Shown here piece after piece: positions 58,668 through 64,000 of a stretch of DNA of 64,000 nucleotides. The notes beneath the pieces are model-generated. The model had not been told where the DNA came from. It made no database searches and saw only the letters and a list, made by a program, of their open reading frames with translations. A program made the position numbers and the translations under genes. Source of the stretch: an uncultured delta proteobacterium (GTDB lineage: Bacteria; Myxococcota_A; Polyangia; Fen-1088); contig CAVTRY010000011.1 of the NCBI GenBank assembly GCA_963737265.1, positions 1,024,001-1,088,000 on the forward strand, given 5' to 3'. Each line of letters starts with the position of its first letter. The first letter of the stretch is position 1.

Positions 58668-59804
58668 TCAGCCCTCCCGGCGCAACATCAGCATGTGCTC
58701 GCGCCGCGGGTGGCCGGCAAAGATTTCGCTGAGACGCCGGTCGCGAGGCGGCCGCGACTGGGAGGCTCCCGCCACGGGCAAGAGCCCCGCCTTGGGCGCT
58801 TCGAACTGAATCGCCTCGGCTGCGTCTTCGGCGCGCCCGCCCACCACACCGTCGCCGGCGACCAGAACCACGGCTGCACCCGGCCGAACCACGCGCGCCA
58901 TCTCGCCCAGCCAGCGCCGCCTGTCTCTTTGCCAGCGCTTCTCCGCCGAACCGAGTCCCTCGGAACGGGCCCCGACCTGAATGCGGTCGAGGTTTTCACG
59001 CGGCAGACCGAGCCACAGAAATCGCACGTCGTGGTGCTCGGCGTAGTCATAGGTACCGGCATAGGGCGGCGAGGACAGCACCAAGTCGAATCCACGATCC
59101 GGCAGGTTTCCCAAATTGCACGCGTCGCCGAGCCGAATCACCGGTGCCGGTGTTCCCGCTGGCGTGCGCTGCGCGAGGGAGGCGAGCGACATCGACAGCT
59201 CCTTGGCACGACCCGCGAAGAAGCGCGAGGGCACGCTGCGGCCGATGCGCTGACGGCCTTCTTCGCTCGACTCCAGCTCGGGCGCACGCATGAACTTCAC
59301 CAAGATCGACGAAAAGCAGGCGCGCAGGGCCTGTCCGACGTCATCCTCGGCGGTCTTGCCGAGCAGCTCGCGCAGGCCGAGCAATTCGAGCGCGACGTGG
59401 GGAGAAAAGCGCTCCTTCTCGCGGCTCGCCCAGACCGGAATCATCGGACGAATGCGTTTGCGGGCGCGCTCGGCGGCCTCAGTTGCGATTTCCTCCGCGG
59501 CCATGACCAGCCGCTCGCGGGCAGCCTCGTCAAGCAGCGTCGAGCGAACCTTCGCGATGAGCACGGCCAGCGGGCTGGCATCGCCCCCCGTGGCGTGCCG
59601 GCCGGCAGCCATGGCCTCGACCAAGACCGTGCCGCTGCCGCAAAATGGATCGAGAATGCGTTGTCCGGGCGTCGACAGCGCCGCGATCGCCACGCGAGCC
59701 GTCGACGGATGCATGCGCCCAGCGTAGCTGTGAAACCCGTGGGTGAGGGCACGCGAAAGCCCGCGGTCGATCTCGAACAGCGACCCCATGAGACGAGCCG
59801 CCAC
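58668..59804 (-). CDS. Orphan amino-methyltransferase (N4-C/N6-A DNA MTase-like)
   Basis: HGFHSYAGRMHP, LDPFCGSGT, SSPPY; true start may be ~60 nt upstream. Confidence 0.78.
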   Translation of the reverse strand: MAARLMGSLFEIDRGLSRALTHGFHSYAGRMHPSTARVAIAALSTPGQRILDPFCGSGTVLVEAMAAGRHATGGDASPLAVLIAKVRSTLLDEAARERLVMAAEEIATEAAERARKRIRPMIPVWASREKERFSPHVALELLGLRELLGKTAEDDVGQALRACFSSILVKFMRAPELESSEEGRQRIGRSVPSRFFAGRAKELSMSLASLAQRTPAGTPAPVIRLGDACNLGNLPDRGFDLVLSSPPYAGTYDYAEHHDVRFLWLGLPRENLDRIQVGARSEGLGSAEKRWQRDRRRWLGEMARVVRPGAAVVLVAGDGVVGGRAEDAAEAIQFEAPKAGLLPVAGASQSRPPRDRRLSEIFAGHPRREHMLMLRREG

Positions 59805-59873
59805 GGGCTCGCCCCAGGTTTCGACCGGACCACCCAGAACAGAGAATGCCTGACGTCGCCGAGGTATCAGCGG

Positions 59874-61563
59874 CTACTCCTCGGGAGGCGCGTCGGCGGG
59901 CGGCGGTTGATCGGACGCCGGCTCGTTGCCGACTTCTCCTTCGTCGTCGCCTACCGGCTTCGCGGGACCGGCCTTGCCACCAAATGCGAGCTGCGCTGAC
60001 AGCACGCCCTCGACCGCGACGCCAAAATCGCCGAGCCCACTCAGGACACGAGCATCGAGCGCAAGGGCGAAATGGCGAGAGACGTGATAGATGAAGCCGC
60101 CGCTGACGCCAAACAGGACCGGCCCGATCGGACGCGTGTCTGTCTTGGCGATGAATTTGTCGTTGTTCGGAGTCCCGTCGGGGTTGGTTATCAGGGGTGT
60201 CGGTTTCACGGGAAGACGAACGTACCCGCCGCCGAGATCGCCCGACAATGAAAGCTGAAAATTCCCCCCATCGGACAGATCCGTGTAGTGGATGCCCCGG
60301 ACAAGCGCGGCGAAAGCCATGGAGGTCGGGGCCCCGGAACGACCGCTCGAAACACCAGATATCTGTTGCTGGCTGATGAATTCCCATCTCACCTGGACGG
60401 CCATCGCGAACGTGTCGGAAAACATGTAACCGAACTCGGGCAAAAGACTAAACAGACCCGTCGGCGCGGTTAGAGCGGTTATTTTGATGTTCGTCTCCCA
60501 CTCCAAAGATCCTGCAGGCGCATAACCCCACCCGACGCCGCCACCCAGGCCGAACCAAATCGCGCCTTCGCGGCGGCGGTGCAGCCCAGCTTCGTAGGCC
60601 TCAGCCTTTTGCTGGTCGCGAATCTTCTTCATCGGATCCTCGTCCTCGCCACCGGCAGAACCGCGCGCAGCGCCTTTCTTCCGGATCTCGATGATCGAGG
60701 GGCTGTCGATCTGGCCATTACTGGCTAGCACGTTGTCGCCGGCACCTTGGGCGTCGAAGTAGACTTGCAGGCTCTTGCCTTTGACCATGGGACCGGGCAG
60801 GATCGCCAGATACCAACCCTTGGGGGTTCGTTTCATGGGAAGGACTTGAAACGACTCTCCGCCTTCGACCCGGTAGTGGAGCTGGACGAGTTTGGCGTTG
60901 ATGCCTGGCTTCAAGGCACAGCGGATGGCCAACTCCTTGCCGGCACGCGCGTCCTCGGGCACCGCACACATGAGCGGGGCGGACATGGTGTCCGGCAGAT
61001 CCGGCTCGCCCTCCTCCTCCGGACCGCTGGTGAGCGACGGCGCGGCAGGAGCGGACGGCCGAGCGGCGGGCTTGACCGGCCGGCTCGAACGACGATGCCG
61101 CCTCGGGCACGGGGCTGGGTTCGGCATCGACAGCGGCAAGCTCGAAAATTGTTCGCAGATCGGGGGTCTCGATGGCAGGCGTCAGTTGGATGTCGGGGCG
61201 AATCTTTTTGGCGAGCGCGAAGTTCTGAACCGCCGTCGCCTGGTCCTGGAAGCCAACCCAGTAAACCGCACCGAGGTGGATATAGGTGCGCGCCGTCATC
61301 TTGTCGTCTTCCAGGCCGGACTGTTTGGCTTCCTTGAGCGCTTTGTTAAGAAGGGTCTTGGCGGTCTCGAAGTCCTTGGCCTGGTAGGAAAGGATGGCTT
61401 GCTTGTTCAGATCGACGATCTTGGCGCGCGCCTTGTTTGCATCGGCGGCATGAACCAAGCGGGGTGACAACGCAAGCACGACGCCGGAAAACCCCAGCGC
61501 GAGTGCGAGACATCGAGCCGCAAACAACTGCTTGGCCGATCGCCCGTGTACCTTTGTGCCCAT
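59874..61563 (-). CDS. Exported protein with TPR-like N-terminus and beta-strand-rich C-terminus, frameshift near 61088
   Basis: Signal peptide, ARTYIHLGAVY TPR-like helices (ORF 60718-61563), continuing in ORF 59874-61139. Confidence 0.7.
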
Positions 61564-61578
61564 GGTCGCGATTCCTTC

Positions 61579-62598
61579 CTATTGCTCGGTAATCATGAAT
61601 TCGACGCGGCGATTGCGCTCGCGGCCCGCCGCTGTTTTGTTGCTGTCGATGGGTCGATCGGGACCATAGCCCTTTGCCTCCATCCGATCACTACCGATTC
61701 CTTTGCCAACCAAGTAAGCCTTTACCGAATCGGCGCGAGACTGGGATAAGCGAAGGTTGTAGGTGTGGGCGCCTCGGCTGTCGGTATGGCCCTCGATGCG
61801 GACTTGCATCGTTGGTCGTCCGAGCAGAACCGCGGCGACTTCGTCGAGTAAGCCGTAGCTCTTGCTCATAATAACAGCCTTGGCCGTCTGGAAAAAGATC
61901 GACTGTTTGAGTTCGATCTTCTCCGGGGTGACGTTGATGAAGGTCGAACTTTACCGGGCAACCGTCGTTCGAGGCTGGACCAGGCTCGTTCGGACAGCGG
62001 TCGCTTGCGTCGGGGACGCCGTCCTTGTCGTTGTCGGGGTCGGGGCACCCGTCTTCGTCCTCGAACCCATCGAAATCCTCGGGTTCGTTTGGACACTTGT
62101 CGTTGACGTCCAGGATGCCGTCCTTGTCGTTGTCGGGATCGGGACATCCGTCTTCATCTTCAAACCCGTCTTTGTCTTCCGGCTCGGTCGGACACGGTCC
62201 TGGAGGTCTGGAATGCCATCGCCATCGCTGTCGGCCAGAGGATCGGGCGCAGGGTTCGGGGCGATGCGGACGAGCCACCGGCTTCGGACCTTCGGGCACA
62301 ACCGCTCATCCGAAGACAGGCGCAGGGCGGCCTTGGCCGAAGCTTGCGCGGACTCCAGATAGTCCTTGGCGGCAAAGTACTCGCCCGCGTCAAATTCCCT
62401 CTCGGCGAATTCGGCATTCGACTCGCCAGCGGCCAGTTCCCTAGGAGCGCAACGATAGGCACCTTGGCTGCGCGCGATCGCGAGATCCTGGCGCACATCG
62501 CCCAGCCGAAGCGCCAAATCGGATCCCGCACAGCTAACAACACTCGCCAGCGCGAGCGACAAAACGGGCAGGCGAAGGCACCACGGCGCCACGCTCAA
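61579..62598 (-). CDS. OmpA-family protein with DUF4398-like N-terminus and TSP3-like Asp-rich repeats; at least two frameshifts
   Basis: DGFEDEDGCPDPDNDKDG repeats; IEGHTD, NLRLSQSRA, NRRVEF; frame breaks near 62195 and 61948. Confidence 0.88.
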
Positions 62599-62940
62599 AG
62601 CTCCCCGCAACTCTGGTTTGGTCTGGGAAGTTCCCCGGTGTGCTTGGCCTGCGCGGATCTGGCCAAGGCCGATGCCCGGGCCGAACAGTCCTGGCTGCGG
62701 CGGCCCCAATCGATGGCATTCTGAAAATGGGCGCGGCCCGCGTCTTCGCGTGCCTTGTCGTAGTACAAGCTGGCTTTGGTGAACTCGTACGGGCGCAAAT
62801 TTCTCCGCTCCGTCGGACTTCGCTTGCGCCAACGCCGTGGCCGCACTGCCACTCACTTCTTTCAAATACGCCACGGGCCCGCAGCCGAGGAAGAATAGAA
62901 ATCCCAGCGCGAGCGCGCGAACGTGGCGACGGGGCGGCAC
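62595..62940 (-). CDS. DUF4398-like lipoprotein, frameshift near 62790
   Basis: FLGC lipobox, AEKFAP|YEFTKASLYYDKARE; upstream of ompA. Confidence 0.75.
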
Positions 62941-63191
62941 GACTTGGACGGTAGAAAAATCTTGGAAATCAGTCAAGAAGTCGATGGTCTGTGGTGCGTT
63001 TTGGCCGGGTGAAAAGCGTGGGCTGTCTTTCCGCCGCGGCCCCAAACCGGACAGACTGGGGCGCGAAGTAGGCGAGTGTCGGTGTGTCGCGCACAAATCG
63101 TCTCTTGGGTCGAGCAATCACCTTGATTTGTGCTGCGTTTTCGAGGTATTAGCAAGGTTTCGCTCTTCAATTTCAGTAGCCGGAGGTTCCT

Positions 63192-63446
63192 GTGAAACAG
63201 CTCATCGCCTTTCTCCTTGACCACGCGATGCTCGATTTTTCGGGCGAGCTTACGATCGATATGGTCAAGGACTTCCTTCGCGATGAGGACACCCGCGAGG
63301 CACGCGCCCTCCTCAACAAGATAATGCAAGACGGCGGCGTCGAGGACATGCAAATCACCCTCGCAGACTGCCTGCAAGACAGTCTGCGCACCGGATTGAC
63401 CGAGAACGTCGTCGGCGAGCAGTTGAAGCTCTACGCGGAAAGCTAA
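63192..63446 (+). CDS. Small acidic hypothetical protein
   Basis: 84 aa, GGAGG RBS before GTG, host-like codon usage. Confidence 0.75.
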   Translation: MKQLIAFLLDHAMLDFSGELTIDMVKDFLRDEDTREARALLNKIMQDGGVEDMQITLADCLQDSLRTGLTENVVGEQLKLYAES

Positions 63447-63509
63447 GGCCCGCACCGTCGGCACGTCGCGTCATGAGAGCCCCCGCGAGAGTCATCTGGC
63501 CGCGTGCGC

Positions 63510-64000
63510 TCACGGTTGGCAGCCGAGCGCGCAGGAAAGGCTGATTTCTCCCAATTTCCCTACCGTCACGGTGACGGATCCATCGTGATCCGTTCGCAGC
63601 ACACGGATCCCCCGCCGCGCATAGCGTGCGATGGCAATGGGATTGGGAAGGTTGAACCGGTTGTATCTGCCCGCCGAAACTACCGCCAAACCCGGCGAGA
63701 TCGCGTCGACAAATTCGGGGCTCGAAGCGTATCGGCTTCCGTGATGGGGCATCTTCAGGATGTCGCAGGAGAGCTCCAGTCCGCCAGAACGTTGCCCAAG
63801 AAGCTCAGCTTCTCCGTCCGCGCCAATGTCGCCGGTGAACAAGATTCGGCGCCCAGCATAAGACAACCGGACAACCAAGGATGCGTCGTTTGCCCCGAGC
63901 CCTGGCGGCACGCCGATGACATTGCCCACCCGTGGCCCGAGCGCCTCGACGACAAGACCTGAGCTGGCGAACGACCCCGGCGATGGCGCCGGGACGCCGC
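63510..64000 (-). CDS. comEC: ComEC/Rec2 competence protein, C-terminal metallo-beta-lactamase part (runs off window)
   Basis: NDASLV, LFTGDI, LKMPHHGS, RTDHDG. Confidence 0.85.
   Translation of the reverse strand, partial: GVPAPSPGSFASSGLVVEALGPRVGNVIGVPPGLGANDASLVVRLSYAGRRILFTGDIGADGEAELLGQRSGGLELSCDILKMPHHGSRYASSPEFVDAISPGLAVVSAGRYNRFNLPNPIAIARYARRGIRVLRTDHDGSVTVTVGKLGEISLSCALGCQP

Noticed and set aside
62020-62190. Tandem ~70-100-bp DNA repeats
   Set aside because: Explained by Asp-rich TSP3-like protein repeats of the OmpA protein

Overview
GC-rich bacterial DNA whose gene content (T6SS tssJKLM-tagF, MMPL exporter, MshEN protein, DUF4398/OmpA pair, Gly-rich lipoprotein) suggests Myxococcota/Polyangia; this is an inference. 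Layout: IS3 copy 1 and a vapBC pair (1-2.2 kb); T6SS membrane-complex genes (2.5-9.6 kb); sulfate ABC operon (9.9-13.7 kb); MMPL plus a surface-glycan cluster with two mirror-image GT4-asnB cassettes (13.9-30.1 kb); a mosaic defence/TA island (30.2-53.4 kb); then core-like genes (parAB, HhH-GPD glycosylase, methyltransferase, OmpA, comEC). The island holds IS21, IS3 copy 2 inside a ruined Type I hsdM, an Abi_2/AbiF-like HEPN gene behind a promoter and structured RNA leader, hsdS, and a 4.6-kb IS1595-family transposon (24-bp perfect IRs, 8-bp TSD). The best candidate for a new system is that transposon's cargo: a single-chain Type IIG-like restriction-modification enzyme ending in a ~40-aa RelB-like antitoxin tail, translationally coupled to a RelE toxin that has no separate upstream antitoxin gene. 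Several core genes carry single-base frameshifts that are probably sequencing errors. No rRNA, tRNA or CRISPR array was seen. All family names come from motif recognition by eye, not from database searches.
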